Source: Oligoflexia bacterium (GTDB taxonomy: Bacteria; Bdellovibrionota; Bdellovibrionia; JABDDW01). From it: DNA of 64,000 nucleotides. The stretch is from contig JAYTHU010000031.1 of assembly GCA_043732305.1 (NCBI GenBank), positions 4,739 through 68,738 on the forward strand, in the 5' to 3' direction. The position numbers and the translations under genes are program-made. A model generated the notes under the pieces. The model did not search any database, had not been told where the DNA came from, and saw nothing but the letters and a program-made list of their open reading frames with translations. Positions within the stretch are counted from its first letter, which is position 1. Each line of letters starts with the position of its first letter. Shown one piece after another: positions 1-10,397 of the stretch.

Positions 1-867
1 TTTTGAACAACCGGCTTTTTCCATTTTTTGCATCAGTGGGACGAGTGCACTTTCTGATGATGATGTCCCAAGAACCAAAAGAATTTCTTCTTTGATATAG
101 AATAAAAATTTAAAAATATTAAATCGACAGTAAACTCCCACGAGTCCTAGAAATGCAAAAACGAAAATCACACAGGTTAGGTAAAAACATCCCATCAAAG
201 ATGCTAGTGGCGCAAGCGCGTGAAGCCCGTATTTTCCAATGGTGAAAGCCATGGCCCCGCCGGCACCAAGTGGCGCAAGCATCATGACGGTTTTCATCAT
301 CGCAAATAAAACTGCAGAAAGTTTTTCGATCAGATCGTGAACTGTTTTTCCGGACTCACCAATCTTATTCATCGCATAACCAAAGAGAACGGCAAGAAGC
401 AAAACTTGTAAAAGATCGCCTGATCCGGTGAACGCTTCAACAAAAGTTTTTGGAACTATGTGAGCAACAATACCGACAAGACTATTTCCATATCCACCGG
501 CCACATTCGCTTTTTGAGTGTACTGAGAAACAGCGGTTGCATCGAGGGTCAGTGGATTCACATTGAAGCCTTTGCCTGGCTTCAACACGTTTGCAATCAA
601 GAGCCCAAGCGCAAGAGCGATTGTCGAGAGCACTTCAAAATACAGAAGTGTTTTCAGACCAACTCGACCAACTTTTTTCATGTCGCCCGCGCCAGAAATT
701 CCCAAAACCACGGTACAGAAGATGAGTGGAGCAATCAGCATTTTGATCAGAGAGATAAAAGTATCTCCCAAAACTTTCAGCTGCACACCCACGTCTGGTG
801 CAAAAAACCCAATGAGCGCGCCGGTTGCAATGCCAATGAGTACCCATAAATAAAGATGTTTAGTCAT
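1..867 (-). CDS. dctA: C4-dicarboxylate/amino acid:cation symporter (DAACS family), 3' end outside window
   Basis: Reverse-strand translation from ATG at 865-867 gives MTKHLYLWVLIGIATGALIGFF...LIKMLIAPLIFCTVV...AMAFTIGKYG, nearly colinear with the E. coli DctA N-terminal half. The frame stays open to position 1, so the gene is partial. The three small ORFs at 460-853 are shadow frames of it. Confidence 0.8.
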   Translation of the reverse strand, partial: MTKHLYLWVLIGIATGALIGFFAPDVGVQLKVLGDTFISLIKMLIAPLIFCTVVLGISGAGDMKKVGRVGLKTLLYFEVLSTIALALGLLIANVLKPGKGFNVNPLTLDATAVSQYTQKANVAGGYGNSLVGIVAHIVPKTFVEAFTGSGDLLQVLLLAVLFGYAMNKIGESGKTVHDLIEKLSAVLFAMMKTVMMLAPLGAGGAMAFTIGKYGLHALAPLASLMGCFYLTCVIFVFAFLGLVGVYCRFNIFKFLFYIKEEILLVLGTSSSESALVPLMQKMEKAGCSK

Positions 868-1696
868 TTGATTTTTGACTGCGACCACAAACTTGAGGAG
901 CCCGGAAAAATCTTTTTTGTGATTTCACTGTGAGGCAAAGATCATCTTGAGCACAACCGGCCACCGGCAATGATTCAGTGGGAATCAGACGCGGCGGTTG
1001 TTTACCTTTTGGAATCGGAACAATAGACCAAGTCCCTTTGGTGGTGACCTTGAGCCACACACCTTCAATATCTAAACTTTTAAATATGTCATTGCCCGAA
1101 ATAAACCAAGGGCCATCATCCATGGGCAGCGCCCAGGATTTAAATGGTACACCTTTTTTATTTACTTCATTCAGAGTGAGAACTTCTAGCCCCGAGTGAT
1201 GAAGCTTAAATTTCTTGAGCTTGCCATTGGTGGTCAAAATAGAAATACTTTTTCCACCCTCTATTTGTGAGGCAAACACCTGATGAATTCGTCCCTGACA
1301 CGTGGATTTACAATTATTGTAAACAATTTGATTTTGGTCTGCAAAACTTGGATCGATCATAAGCGAAAGTGGAAGACCGTTCTTTTTTCTCCACTCTTGA
1401 ACTGTGAGAGCAAATTGCTTACGGTTACCCTGACGCAACAAATGATCATTTACAGTTGTGCCAAGATCTTTTCTGAACGTCATGTATTCTTTTTGAGGCT
1501 GACAAGTTTTTGGGATCACGGGATCAGGAGAAGGCGCCACCACGACGGCGGGTTGCGTGGGCGGGACAGCAACAACCACTACCGAAGGAGCGGGCGTAGC
1601 TGTCAATTCTTTTTTCATTTTTTTTGCGTAAAATGCGGACATAACGAGTAGCGCCACAAGTAAGATCAAAGAAACTAGCGAGGCATTGCGCTTCAT
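860..1696 (-). CDS. hypothetical membrane-anchored protein with Pro/Val-rich linker
   Basis: 278-aa ORF with an N-terminal hydrophobic anchor, then PAPSVVVVAVPPTQPAVVVAPSPDP. No family recognised. Its stop overlaps the dctA start by 8 nt. Confidence 0.5.
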   Translation of the reverse strand: MKRNASLVSLILLVALLVMSAFYAKKMKKELTATPAPSVVVVAVPPTQPAVVVAPSPDPVIPKTCQPQKEYMTFRKDLGTTVNDHLLRQGNRKQFALTVQEWRKKNGLPLSLMIDPSFADQNQIVYNNCKSTCQGRIHQVFASQIEGGKSISILTTNGKLKKFKLHHSGLEVLTLNEVNKKGVPFKSWALPMDDGPWFISGNDIFKSLDIEGVWLKVTTKGTWSIVPIPKGKQPPRLIPTESLPVAGCAQDDLCLTVKSQKRFFRAPQVCGRSQKSND

Positions 1697-2736
1697 TCTA
1701 TACGCGCGGCCATGCGAGCGTCAAACTTAGTGAGCCATCTGTCTTCTTCGGCGGGAATAGTTTCGCCCACAATTTTTCTTTCACGCAAATCCTGAGCACG
1801 CTCAGCTTCTTTGCGTTCACGTTCGCGAATTTTTTCTTTTTCGAAAAATTCCGTTGTGGTAGTGATTGTTCCCAGTTCTTCAGTGATGGAGAGGAGTTCA
1901 TTTTCGCTATCGGAATATGATTTTCCAGACGGAAGACCAATCTTATCACTCAATGTTCCAAGAGTTTCTGATTCTAAACCCGTGACATCACTGTTTTCTC
2001 CGATGCCTTCAGGAATGAGCTCGTCAATTTCACTAAGTGTAGGAAGTTCGCGAATATTTCTGAGACCAAAAAGTTCCAAAAATTTTCGACTGGTTCCGTA
2101 GAGCATGGGCTTTCCAGGCAAATCTGATTTTCCAGTAAATTTAATGAGATCTTTTTCCATCAGAGCGCGAACCAAATGTCCAGATTCAACTCCGCGAATT
2201 TGATCAACTTCAGCTTTCACAACGGGTTGCTTGTAAGCAACGACGCTCAAAACCTCAAGCGCAGGGCCTGATAGTTTAAACGGACGAGCCTTCACCATGC
2301 GTTTGATCCAAGGAGAATTATCCATCTTTGTTCTCAGCTGAAATCCACCGGCCACTTCTTCTAAAGTGATCCCACGATTTCCCCCTGCATATTCGGTTTG
2401 CAAAAGATCGAGAACATTTTTAACTCGGTCAGTGTCTACGTTTGTTCCGTAAAAAAGTGCCGCAATAGTTTTCACACTCATAGGATGCGGAGAAGAAAAC
2501 AACACGCTTTCCACAATAGATTGAGTTTCTATCGTGGTAAGTTCAGAAGGTAAAATTTCTTCCACTAATTCAAGAGCAGGATTGCTTAAATTTGCAGTTC
2601 TCGTCTCTTCGCTGACTTCAACAAGTTCAGCGCTTTCTTCCGGAATATCCATAGCCATTTCCAGATCCATCTCTTCTGTTAGACCTAAACCGATTTCTTG
2701 ATTTTCAGTATTTTCTAAATTTTCCATTTCGCTCAT
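1693..2736 (-). CDS. scpB: segregation and condensation protein B
   Basis: Central region FQLRTKMDNSPW...RPFKLSGPALEVLSVVAYKQPVVKAEVDQIRGVESGHLVRALMEKDLI is the ScpB winged-helix signature. 4-nt overlap with scpA upstream. Confidence 0.85.
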   Translation of the reverse strand: MSEMENLENTENQEIGLGLTEEMDLEMAMDIPEESAELVEVSEETRTANLSNPALELVEEILPSELTTIETQSIVESVLFSSPHPMSVKTIAALFYGTNVDTDRVKNVLDLLQTEYAGGNRGITLEEVAGGFQLRTKMDNSPWIKRMVKARPFKLSGPALEVLSVVAYKQPVVKAEVDQIRGVESGHLVRALMEKDLIKFTGKSDLPGKPMLYGTSRKFLELFGLRNIRELPTLSEIDELIPEGIGENSDVTGLESETLGTLSDKIGLPSGKSYSDSENELLSITEELGTITTTTEFFEKEKIRERERKEAERAQDLRERKIVGETIPAEEDRWLTKFDARMAARIE

Positions 2737-3785
2737 TCTATTTCTCCTGATTCAACGGCCAAAACTTCAGCGTCATTTTCTAAAGAAGCTAAATCCAATT
2801 GAGATTCCACTGACTCTTGAATACTTTCAGTTTCTAAATCTGCTTTTGCTTCCACCATAATTTTGTTGGCGGTGATCTCAGCATCCAAATTGTCGAATTC
2901 CTGAACGCGTCTGACAATGTCATCCGTGCTCACAAGCTTAACAGTATCGATGTAAATGGGCGCAAGTGGTTCGGTCTGAAATATTCTCGTATAACCTAAG
3001 CGCGAAAGTTCAAGCAAACTCAAAAACGTGATCATGAGTTCGGTTCTAGTGAACTCTGCGTTTAGTAAATCTCTGAACTCAATTCTCTGACCAACAACCA
3101 ATCTGTCTTTAATCTCCAGAAGTCTCGCAGCAATACTAAGACCTTTGTTATTGACCGTGTGAACAGTCGCAACCACTTCTTTTTGCAATTGGCGGAAAGC
3201 AGAAATAAGTCCAAAGAGACCTTTGTCGTCCACAATAATTTCATCATCACCACTGGCAACAATGTTTTCACGAGATCCTCTGAGCCAAATGTCCCGGCCC
3301 AGCAAAGGACGTTTATAAAGTTGTCTCCCCGCTTCTTGATATTTTTGATACTCAAGAAGTTTTTGAACGAGTTCCTTGCGAGGATCCACAGCAATCTCTT
3401 CGCCGTTTTCTCCGTAGCTCGGAACCAACATGCGACTCTTGATGTAGATGAGAGTTGCGGCCATGGCCACAAATTCGCCAGCCACTTCCAGATTCAATTC
3501 CTTCATGATCTGGATATATTCGAGATATTGCTTGGTGATGGTGTGAACCGGAATATCGTAAATGTCTAATTCGTCTTTTTTGATGAGATATAAAAGTAGA
3601 GAAAGCGGTCCTTCAAAAGTATCAAGTTGGACATTCAGCGGCATGATTGAAGCAAAGCCCGCGAGTACTGGCGAAGTTTCAGCCGTGGTGAGAGCTGTGG
3701 CCAATTGATTGCTTGTGTGTCCAAGCTGAGTGAGTCCCGCCGAAACGGAGCCCATTCCCCTTGTAGGTGTGGCGACTGAATCCAA
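2733..3785 (-). CDS. scpA: segregation and condensation protein A
   Basis: FEGPLSLLLYLIKKDELDIYDIPVHTITKQYLEYI is the ScpA kleisin N-terminal motif. Classic scpA-scpB order. Confidence 0.8.
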   Translation of the reverse strand: MDSVATPTRGMGSVSAGLTQLGHTSNQLATALTTAETSPVLAGFASIMPLNVQLDTFEGPLSLLLYLIKKDELDIYDIPVHTITKQYLEYIQIMKELNLEVAGEFVAMAATLIYIKSRMLVPSYGENGEEIAVDPRKELVQKLLEYQKYQEAGRQLYKRPLLGRDIWLRGSRENIVASGDDEIIVDDKGLFGLISAFRQLQKEVVATVHTVNNKGLSIAARLLEIKDRLVVGQRIEFRDLLNAEFTRTELMITFLSLLELSRLGYTRIFQTEPLAPIYIDTVKLVSTDDIVRRVQEFDNLDAEITANKIMVEAKADLETESIQESVESQLDLASLENDAEVLAVESGEIE

Positions 3786-4835
3786 TTACTTTCCCCTTGT
3801 GTTACTGATTCCCATGGAGCCTTTGACCATCTTCATAGTCTCTGCGGCTTCCGCTTTTGCCCGAGAGCATCCATCGCCAATGATTTCATCAAGCTCTACT
3901 GGATTATTCAAGAGACTTTTTTTCTTTTCGAGAGGTTCTTTCATAAATTGATTGATATTGGCCGCTAATTTCAACTTGCAATCGCCGCAACCAATGGCCG
4001 CAATCCGGCAATCTCGGTCGATCTCGGCTCGTTCTTGATCATTGGAAAATAGTTTGTGAAACGAAAAAACGGGACAAACATCAGGGTTTCCGGGATCGTC
4101 ACGTCTGACGCGCGCAGGGTCGGTCACCATCTTTTTAGTGATGGTAAAGACTTCTGCAGGCTCTGCAAGCAGCGGCATAGTGTTGTTATAGCTCTTGCTC
4201 ATCTTTCGGCCGTCGAGACCAGGCAGCACCGGTGTTGAGGTCAACATGGCTTCAGGCTCAGGAAGTTTTCCTTTGTAGAGAAAATTAAATCTTCTTACAA
4301 TTTCGCGGGCAAGCTCCAAATGCGGAACTTGATCTTGCCCCACCGGAACTTTATTTCCTCTGAAAAGTGCAATATCCGCCGTTTGCAGCACTGGATAGGA
4401 ATATCTTCCAAGATTGTGTGCGTCTTTGAGCTTCATCTCCTCTATGGAATCTTTCCAGGTCGTGACACGGTCGAGCCAACCGAGCGGTGTCAGCAGATTG
4501 AAAATCTGATTGAGTTCGAGAAGTTCAGGGATTTCACTCTGGATGAAAATCACGGATTTCCGAGGATCGACACCAAAAGCTATCCACTCGGCAATAATGA
4601 CGCGATTGAATTTATAAAAATAATCCGGAGTCTTGTAATGATCAGTTAATGCGTGCCAATTCATGGCGCCAAAAAAACACTGATAGTTTTTCTGCAGCTC
4701 GACCCAATTTTTCAGCGCGCCAAAGTAATTTCCAATATGAAGCTGATTGGTCGTGCGCATTCCGCTAAGCACTCTTTGCGGTGACTTGATGGGTTTGCCA
4801 TCGGTTAGGTTTTTAATTTCAGGAGAGGCCGACAT
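3786..4835 (-). CDS. trpS: tryptophan--tRNA ligase (class I aaRS) with Cys-rich C-terminal extension
   Basis: HIGNYFGAL (HIGH-type motif) and KMSKS motif. Overall TrpS-like length and order. Extra CPVF...GCGDC Cys cluster at the C-terminus. Confidence 0.75.
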   Translation of the reverse strand: MSASPEIKNLTDGKPIKSPQRVLSGMRTTNQLHIGNYFGALKNWVELQKNYQCFFGAMNWHALTDHYKTPDYFYKFNRVIIAEWIAFGVDPRKSVIFIQSEIPELLELNQIFNLLTPLGWLDRVTTWKDSIEEMKLKDAHNLGRYSYPVLQTADIALFRGNKVPVGQDQVPHLELAREIVRRFNFLYKGKLPEPEAMLTSTPVLPGLDGRKMSKSYNNTMPLLAEPAEVFTITKKMVTDPARVRRDDPGNPDVCPVFSFHKLFSNDQERAEIDRDCRIAAIGCGDCKLKLAANINQFMKEPLEKKKSLLNNPVELDEIIGDGCSRAKAEAAETMKMVKGSMGISNTRGK

Positions 4836-5501
4836 TTACATGACTCCAAAAAGAGTCAGACTACTTGAGAGCATGAATTCAGCTGTTTTAATCACAGGAG
4901 TAAAAATAATTTTACCGAATCCACCAAAAATAAATAGCGCAATCAGCACGATGCTAAAAACTGGTTGGAGCTCTTCTAACTTTCGATTCATTTTTTCTGT
5001 CAAAAAGATGGCAATAATTTTTCCACCATCGAGTGGATGAATGGGGATTAAATTAAAAAATGCCAATGACAAATTTATCATGATGAAAGTTTTTGCAAAT
5101 TCGACAATCGCATGAGAGAAGGTGGCATTCTCAAAAAATCTCAAAGTTCCTGCAAAAATTAGAGTGCCAATGATCGCCATGATCACGTTTGATGCCGGCC
5201 CAGCACTCGCAACCAGCGCCATTCCCGCGCGACGATTTTTGAAGTTTCGATCATTCACCGGCACAGGCTTTGCCCATCCAAAAAAAGGCGCACCAGTTGT
5301 GATAGCAATAATCGGCAGAATAAATGTTCCTAAAATATCCGCATGTGCGAAAGGATTTATTGTGAGGCGCCCCATAAGTTTGGCGGTGTTGTCACCAAGC
5401 CTCGCTGCGACAAATCCATGAGCGTACTCATGCACTGAAAGGGCAAACAAAAACGGGATGAGAAACATCCCAACTCTAACGGCGGTATCGGCTATATCCA
5501 T
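4836..5501 (-). CDS. M50-family (site-2 protease-like) membrane zinc metallopeptidase
   Basis: HEYAHGFVA HExxH motif inside a polytopic hydrophobic protein. Second motif LDGGK is typical of peptidase M50B. Confidence 0.7.
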   Translation of the reverse strand: MDIADTAVRVGMFLIPFLFALSVHEYAHGFVAARLGDNTAKLMGRLTINPFAHADILGTFILPIIAITTGAPFFGWAKPVPVNDRNFKNRRAGMALVASAGPASNVIMAIIGTLIFAGTLRFFENATFSHAIVEFAKTFIMINLSLAFFNLIPIHPLDGGKIIAIFLTEKMNRKLEELQPVFSIVLIALFIFGGFGKIIFTPVIKTAEFMLSSSLTLFGVM

Positions 5502-5650
5502 AGGCTAGAAAATAACACCGGACGTCTGGATTTTGCAATTGTAGATAGTTAATAATTTGGCAAAATCTTGAGCCGAGCACAGATATAAACAGTGCCGGGC
5601 CAGCCCTAGAGCCCGTAATTTTCAGGTTAAAGCTCCTGCTACGCTGAACT

Positions 5651-6235
5651 CTACCCAAGCTTATCGAGAATCATCCGAGCTTCGGGCCGGGAGTTGCCAA
5701 GCCCTTCAAGTTTATTGATATCCAGGTAATCTTGCATCCTAAGTTTGGCGGCAAATCCAATAACAATTCTAGTGTATGGCCTGAAATCCCAAAACTTATC
5801 TTCAGGCCGGCGCGGCCCCTTGTTTTTATTCCATTTCGTGAGATGCAGACTGATAGCACCCGTCACTCCGCAAATAAATTTTTCATAGGTGAACCGATTT
5901 TTTAATTTGATCATGAGATGCAGATGATTCCCAACGTTGGCGCAATTGAGAATCTCGACGCCCCACTTCTTAGATATTTTTTTTAAAATATATTGAATGA
6001 ATCTGGCGTTTTCTTTTTTCCAAAACGACTTGCCTTCCTTAGCCTGGGAAGATCTCAACACGAGATGAATCGGATATTTTGTCGAAAGCGGCCGAGCCGT
6101 CCGATGCGCCCTCTCCGTGGTCAGCAATCCCCCAAAAAAATGCTGAATATTAAAAGTTTTCCCGCCAAAGCTCTGCTGCGCATTTCTCTGCCTGCGTTTT
6201 GCTTTTTTCCTGGGTCGCCCTTTTGCTTTGCTCAC
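5651..6235 (-). mobile_element. IS200/IS605-family Y1 (HUH) transposase, RAYT-like
   Basis: HUH motif GNHLHLMIKL, FWDFRPYTRIV and the downstream catalytic-Tyr region MQDYLDINK match the IS200/REP-associated tyrosine transposase pattern. Basic N-terminal tail. No second (TnpB) gene. Confidence 0.55.
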
Positions 6236-6488
6236 GATCGTCTAATCCTCACTTCTAAATCTAATACTGTCTGAATCCAAATCTGAGCTATAAGCTCTAG
6301 CTCTAAGCTACTAAATTCAATCCACCTTCAACAGAAAAACCAGCTTAAAAGTTTTATCCTATTTTCAATCATAACTTTCAATAAAATAATGTGAGCGCAG
6401 GTATATTTATGATCAAAATATTGAGTGAAGACATGTTCAACCTGCACTCGAATATCTAAAGACGCCGTCTAAATAAGTTCAAAAAAAA

Positions 6489-7514
6489 CTAGATTAAAAA
6501 TTTGGCGACGGAGATGAGATCGGATTTTTGGAAATAGCTGGATACGTACGGGCATTTAGTTGTTAGCAAACACATCACGGGTTTGGCCAATTGTTTTTGA
6601 TGATCAGAGAAGAGATAAAAATTTGCTTGGCCTTTGCTGATGATCAAATCGCATTTCTGAAGGGCTTCTTCTAATTCGGGAGATTTTTCTTCCCATGAGA
6701 TTCCGAGGGTGTCCGGACCGGCGCAAATAATCATGTCGGCATAATCTTGCATCTTCACATAGAGTCCATCTTCCAATGTCGCATCACTGGTGATGGGGCC
6801 GCCGCGCAGAGCACTCATCACAAACCAACCGCGAGCGCGTAAATCTGCAATCAGATAACGATCAAACGCAATCTCGCCAACATTGTCATGAATAAAAAGG
6901 GCATGAGGTTTTGCAAAATTATTATGATGAGGCGCCGATCTTGCGCCAGGATTTTGAGGGCTCGACGTTCCGCCCAATCCCATAGTACCGCCTATTCCAC
7001 CGTCAGAAACGGCAGCATTCATAGCCCATGTTTTTGGAACTTCGTTTACAAATTTATAAAAAACGGGAAGGTCATTCACTTGAAGGGGTTCACGCACTTT
7101 AGTCAAAACATGTTCTTCGATCTTAGCGATCGGCACTTCATAACCGGTGCCAACGGTTCTGAAATCAAGATGATTGGACGCAATCACCCATTTCACCAAA
7201 GTTTCAAAACGTTCCAACGTGTCTGGCATTGAAGCTAGTTTCAATGCGAGCTTATCAGATAGCGCGAGCCCAACATCGTTGCAGTTTTTTCGAAGCTGTT
7301 CGAAAGGAAGTCTTTGGCCCGTGACTTTTTTAGCTATGCGGTGAACTTCTGTGATGTAAACGCTAGGCAAAGTGTCGAAATTGAAATTTTCGCTGAGATA
7401 TTTCATCGCCTGGTTCATAACCGTGAGCTGAGTGGCATTGTCCACACCCATGAGTTTCACCGCGCCTGAGATATCGTCTATAATGCAACCGGCACAACCT
7501 TGCTCAGCTTTCAA
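6489..7514 (-). CDS. DUF89/ARMT1-like damage-control phosphatase family protein
   Basis: C-terminal motif LIISKGQANFY and overall size (341 aa) are typical of the DUF89 (ARMT1-like) family. Confidence 0.6.
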   Translation of the reverse strand: MKAEQGCAGCIIDDISGAVKLMGVDNATQLTVMNQAMKYLSENFNFDTLPSVYITEVHRIAKKVTGQRLPFEQLRKNCNDVGLALSDKLALKLASMPDTLERFETLVKWVIASNHLDFRTVGTGYEVPIAKIEEHVLTKVREPLQVNDLPVFYKFVNEVPKTWAMNAAVSDGGIGGTMGLGGTSSPQNPGARSAPHHNNFAKPHALFIHDNVGEIAFDRYLIADLRARGWFVMSALRGGPITSDATLEDGLYVKMQDYADMIICAGPDTLGISWEEKSPELEEALQKCDLIISKGQANFYLFSDHQKQLAKPVMCLLTTKCPYVSSYFQKSDLISVAKFLI

Positions 7515-7523
7515 AATTCAACC

Positions 7524-7982
7524 TCATGCTTGCGCCACAAAATCGTTGATCGTTTGCAGCGAAGTTCCGGGAGTAAAAATTCCGGTGACGCCCATTTTTT
7601 TGAGTTTTGGAATATCGTCCTCTGGAATAATCCCCCCGACAAAAACGCGAATATGCAAAAGTTTTGCGGCTTTCATCAATCGCATGATTTCTCGCACCAG
7701 GTGAATATGCGCACCGGAAAGAATACTCAAGCCCACAAGATCAACGTCTTCTTGAAGCGCCGCCGCCACAACCATTTGCGGTGTTTGATGGAGCCCTGTA
7801 TAAATGACTTCGTGGCCTGCATCGCGTAAAGATCTAGCGATCACTTTCGCGCCCCGATCATGCCCGTCAAGCCCCGGCTTCCCAATGAGCACCCGCTTGG
7901 GCCCAGTCGCCTTCGCAGGCTTTGCGGCTTTGGATTGAGTTTTTAACACAGGTTTTTTCGCTTTTGTTTTTTGTCTTGCCAT
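7524..7982 (-). CDS. stand-alone cobalamin (B12)-binding domain protein (methylmalonyl-CoA mutase C-terminal domain-like)
   Basis: [16 protein letters not shown] contains the DxHxxG B12 lower-ligand motif, followed by the GG..P motif (FVGGIIP). Lys/Ala-rich disordered N-terminus. Confidence 0.75.
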   Translation of the reverse strand: MARQKTKAKKPVLKTQSKAAKPAKATGPKRVLIGKPGLDGHDRGAKVIARSLRDAGHEVIYTGLHQTPQMVVAAALQEDVDLVGLSILSGAHIHLVREIMRLMKAAKLLHIRVFVGGIIPEDDIPKLKKMGVTGIFTPGTSLQTINDFVAQA

Positions 7983-8028
7983 GGTGCCAATATCCTATAA
8001 AAATGACGGGAATTAAGAAAGAAAAATA

Positions 8029-9180
8029 TTGTTCAAGGAGATCCCCATGTCTTTCCTATCCGAAGATGAAACCGCATTCCGTATGGCCGTCCGTGAATTT
8101 GCTGAAGGTCAAATCAAGCCTTTGGTTAGTAAAATGGATCATGAAGCGCAGATGGATGCCGGCTTAGTAAAGCAATTTTTCGAAATGGGACTCATGGCTA
8201 TCGAATCACCAGAAAAATACGGCGGCACTGAATCTAGTTTCTTTAATGCCTGCTTGGCAGTCGAAGAAGTTTCCCGCGTCGATGGATCATGCGGTGTTTT
8301 AGTGGACGTTCAAAACACTCTCGTCACGAACGCATTTTTAAAATGGGGCAATGAATCTCAAAAAGAAAAATATCTCAGCAAAATGTCACGCGAATGGGTT
8401 GGCGCATACGGCCTATCTGAAAGTTCCAGCGGATCAGATGCATTCGCTCTTCAATGTCGAGCCGAGAAAAAAGGCGAAAAGTGGATTTTGAACGGCCACA
8501 AACTTTGGATCACCAATGCAAAAGAAGCTGAATTATTTTTAGTTTTTGCAACCGTTGATAAAACTCTTGGCTACAAAGGGATTACCGCTTTCATAGTTGA
8601 AAAGTCTTTTCCCGGATTCACTATCGGAAAAAAAGAAGACAAGATGGGCATCAGAGCGTCTTCCACATGCGAATTGACTTTTGAAAACTGTGAAGTTCCT
8701 CTCGAAAACGTCATGGGCGATGTTGGCAAAGGTTACAAAGTGGCTATCGAAACTTTGAACGAAGGCCGCATCGGAATTGGTGCGCAAATGGTTGGAGTCG
8801 CTCAAGGTGCATTCGACATGACATTGAATTACATCAAGGGCCGACAACAATTTGGGAAATCTATTTCTGAATTCCAAGGCGTGCAATTTCAGTTGGCCGA
8901 AATGGCCATCAGCTTAGAGAGCGCGCGATTGATGGTTTATCACGCCGCTCGATTGAAAGACGCAAAACAGCCGTTCTTACGAGAAGCCGCGATGGCCAAA
9001 TATCATTCAAGCAAAGTCGCTGAAAAAGTAGCCTCGATGGCCGTTGATCTTTTGGGTGGAAATGGATTCACCAAAGAATATCCTGCCGAGAAATTCTACC
9101 GCGACGCCAAGATTGGCCAGATTTACGAAGGCACGAGCAACATGCAGCTCCAAACCGTCGCAAAATCATTCCTCGGGTAG
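8029..9180 (+). CDS. acyl-CoA dehydrogenase (short/branched-chain type)
   Basis: ACAD fold motifs (GxxGSDA-like SESSSGSDAF, YEGTSNMQL...) and 383-aa length. Start may be M7 (MSFLSEDE). Confidence 0.8.
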   Translation: MFKEIPMSFLSEDETAFRMAVREFAEGQIKPLVSKMDHEAQMDAGLVKQFFEMGLMAIESPEKYGGTESSFFNACLAVEEVSRVDGSCGVLVDVQNTLVTNAFLKWGNESQKEKYLSKMSREWVGAYGLSESSSGSDAFALQCRAEKKGEKWILNGHKLWITNAKEAELFLVFATVDKTLGYKGITAFIVEKSFPGFTIGKKEDKMGIRASSTCELTFENCEVPLENVMGDVGKGYKVAIETLNEGRIGIGAQMVGVAQGAFDMTLNYIKGRQQFGKSISEFQGVQFQLAEMAISLESARLMVYHAARLKDAKQPFLREAAMAKYHSSKVAEKVASMAVDLLGGNGFTKEYPAEKFYRDAKIGQIYEGTSNMQLQTVAKSFLG

Positions 9181-9259
9181 GCCGGTACGCCGTACCATAT
9201 CCGGAGTTGTAATCGATTTAAAAACAAATGTAGTTCCGGATATGGTACGGCGTACCGGC
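9181..9259. repeat. 25-bp perfect inverted repeat (GC-rich hairpin, 29-nt loop) immediately after ACAD stop
   Basis: Arm 9181-9205 gccggtacgccgtaccatatccgga is exactly complementary to arm 9235-9259 tccggatatggtacggcgtaccggc. No T-run follows. Confidence 0.8.
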
Positions 9260-9266
9260 TTAAACT

Positions 9267-10397
9267 TTGCAATTAATGGGATCAATGAAGTACAAAATCG
9301 ATCAAAATAACTCGAGGCTTGCCATATTGATTTTGGCGACATTCACGATGACAGCCTTTGTCATTGCGATGCCTGTTTTTGCTCATGCCGGCGACGTCAT
9401 CAACTGCACGTTTAAATTAAACAAAATCCGTTCGACAGAAGCCATTGATACCGTCGGAAAAACCGATATTGCCAATGGTGGCGAGATTATGATGGAGAAG
9501 CCCTTCGCACTAAAATCGTGGAGAAACGCGAACCTTTGGAAACAATTCAAAGCGTTCCCTGAACTATCTGTGCTGAGAGGAAATCAAGCCGTCGAAAGCC
9601 AACGTCAGTCGGAAAAAGGATTTTCACCCCCATTCCACACAGCTTCGGGTGCTCGAATTTTATTGAGAAGAGCAATCCTCACCGAACTTGCCTATTTTCA
9701 TCCCGATCAAGTGTCAGAGCACTTCTTCACTTCAAAACTCCTTAGCCCTGAAGCCAAGGGAATATATCTAAAGCAAATTGAACTCAAACAACTGCTCAGT
9801 GAATTAAAAAGACATCCTGCGCTTGGTGCACACAACATTGAACTGCTAATGAGAACACAAGACACGTTAATGATTGTTGCTGGCTACTGGAGAAGTTTCG
9901 TGATTCGTAGACCCGTGGACCTTCGCGGCGAATATGAAGCGGCGAAACTCGCTAACAGTGAGCTTGAAAAAGAGACCTCAAAAATATTTGGCATTCTCTA
10001 TGGTTATTTAAATCATGCCGCCGAAGCTGCAGCTACGTTCGAAAGACAAAACCGAACGTATTATTATTCTAAGGTTTTGGAATATCTTACTCAGCTCAAA
10101 CCAAGCGCATTCGCCCAAATAGCTTACGAGCGGTACAGTAAATTTAGATTAGATTCCAAAACTGAGACGCTAGCGCAGCCACCTCACCTCAGCGATCTCC
10201 ATGACATGGCAGTTAGAACACAAACGGAAATTGAAAATCGTCGTGGCGAAGATTTGGCGAAACGCGAAAAAGTCAGAATGAATATGATATTGATTCAAAA
10301 CCCACAAGCTGTGACCTCAGGAAATAAGGCGACCCTCACGGCCGTTTCTAGAGAGACCGGCGATACTCCCCGCCCACTTCAAAAAGACAGTGAGTGA
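9267..10397 (+). CDS. hypothetical secreted protein
   Basis: N-terminal signal-like segment (probable start [20 protein letters not shown]... at 9285). No recognised domain. 3' end overlaps the convergent icmF by about 50 bp. Confidence 0.45.
   Translation: MQLMGSMKYKIDQNNSRLAILILATFTMTAFVIAMPVFAHAGDVINCTFKLNKIRSTEAIDTVGKTDIANGGEIMMEKPFALKSWRNANLWKQFKAFPELSVLRGNQAVESQRQSEKGFSPPFHTASGARILLRRAILTELAYFHPDQVSEHFFTSKLLSPEAKGIYLKQIELKQLLSELKRHPALGAHNIELLMRTQDTLMIVAGYWRSFVIRRPVDLRGEYEAAKLANSELEKETSKIFGILYGYLNHAAEAAATFERQNRTYYYSKVLEYLTQLKPSAFAQIAYERYSKFRLDSKTETLAQPPHLSDLHDMAVRTQTEIENRRGEDLAKREKVRMNMILIQNPQAVTSGNKATLTAVSRETGDTPRPLQKDSE

Noticed and set aside
460-853. Three overlapping small ORFs (two plus-strand, one minus-strand) at the start of the window.
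   Set aside because: All lie inside the strongly DctA-like minus-strand reading frame, so they are alternative-frame artefacts.
5596-5615. Hairpin cgggc-N10-gcccg downstream of the transposase, as a candidate IS200 subterminal palindrome.
   Set aside because: It has only a 5-bp stem, and matching structures of this size occur by chance. It is mentioned only as context, not as a feature.
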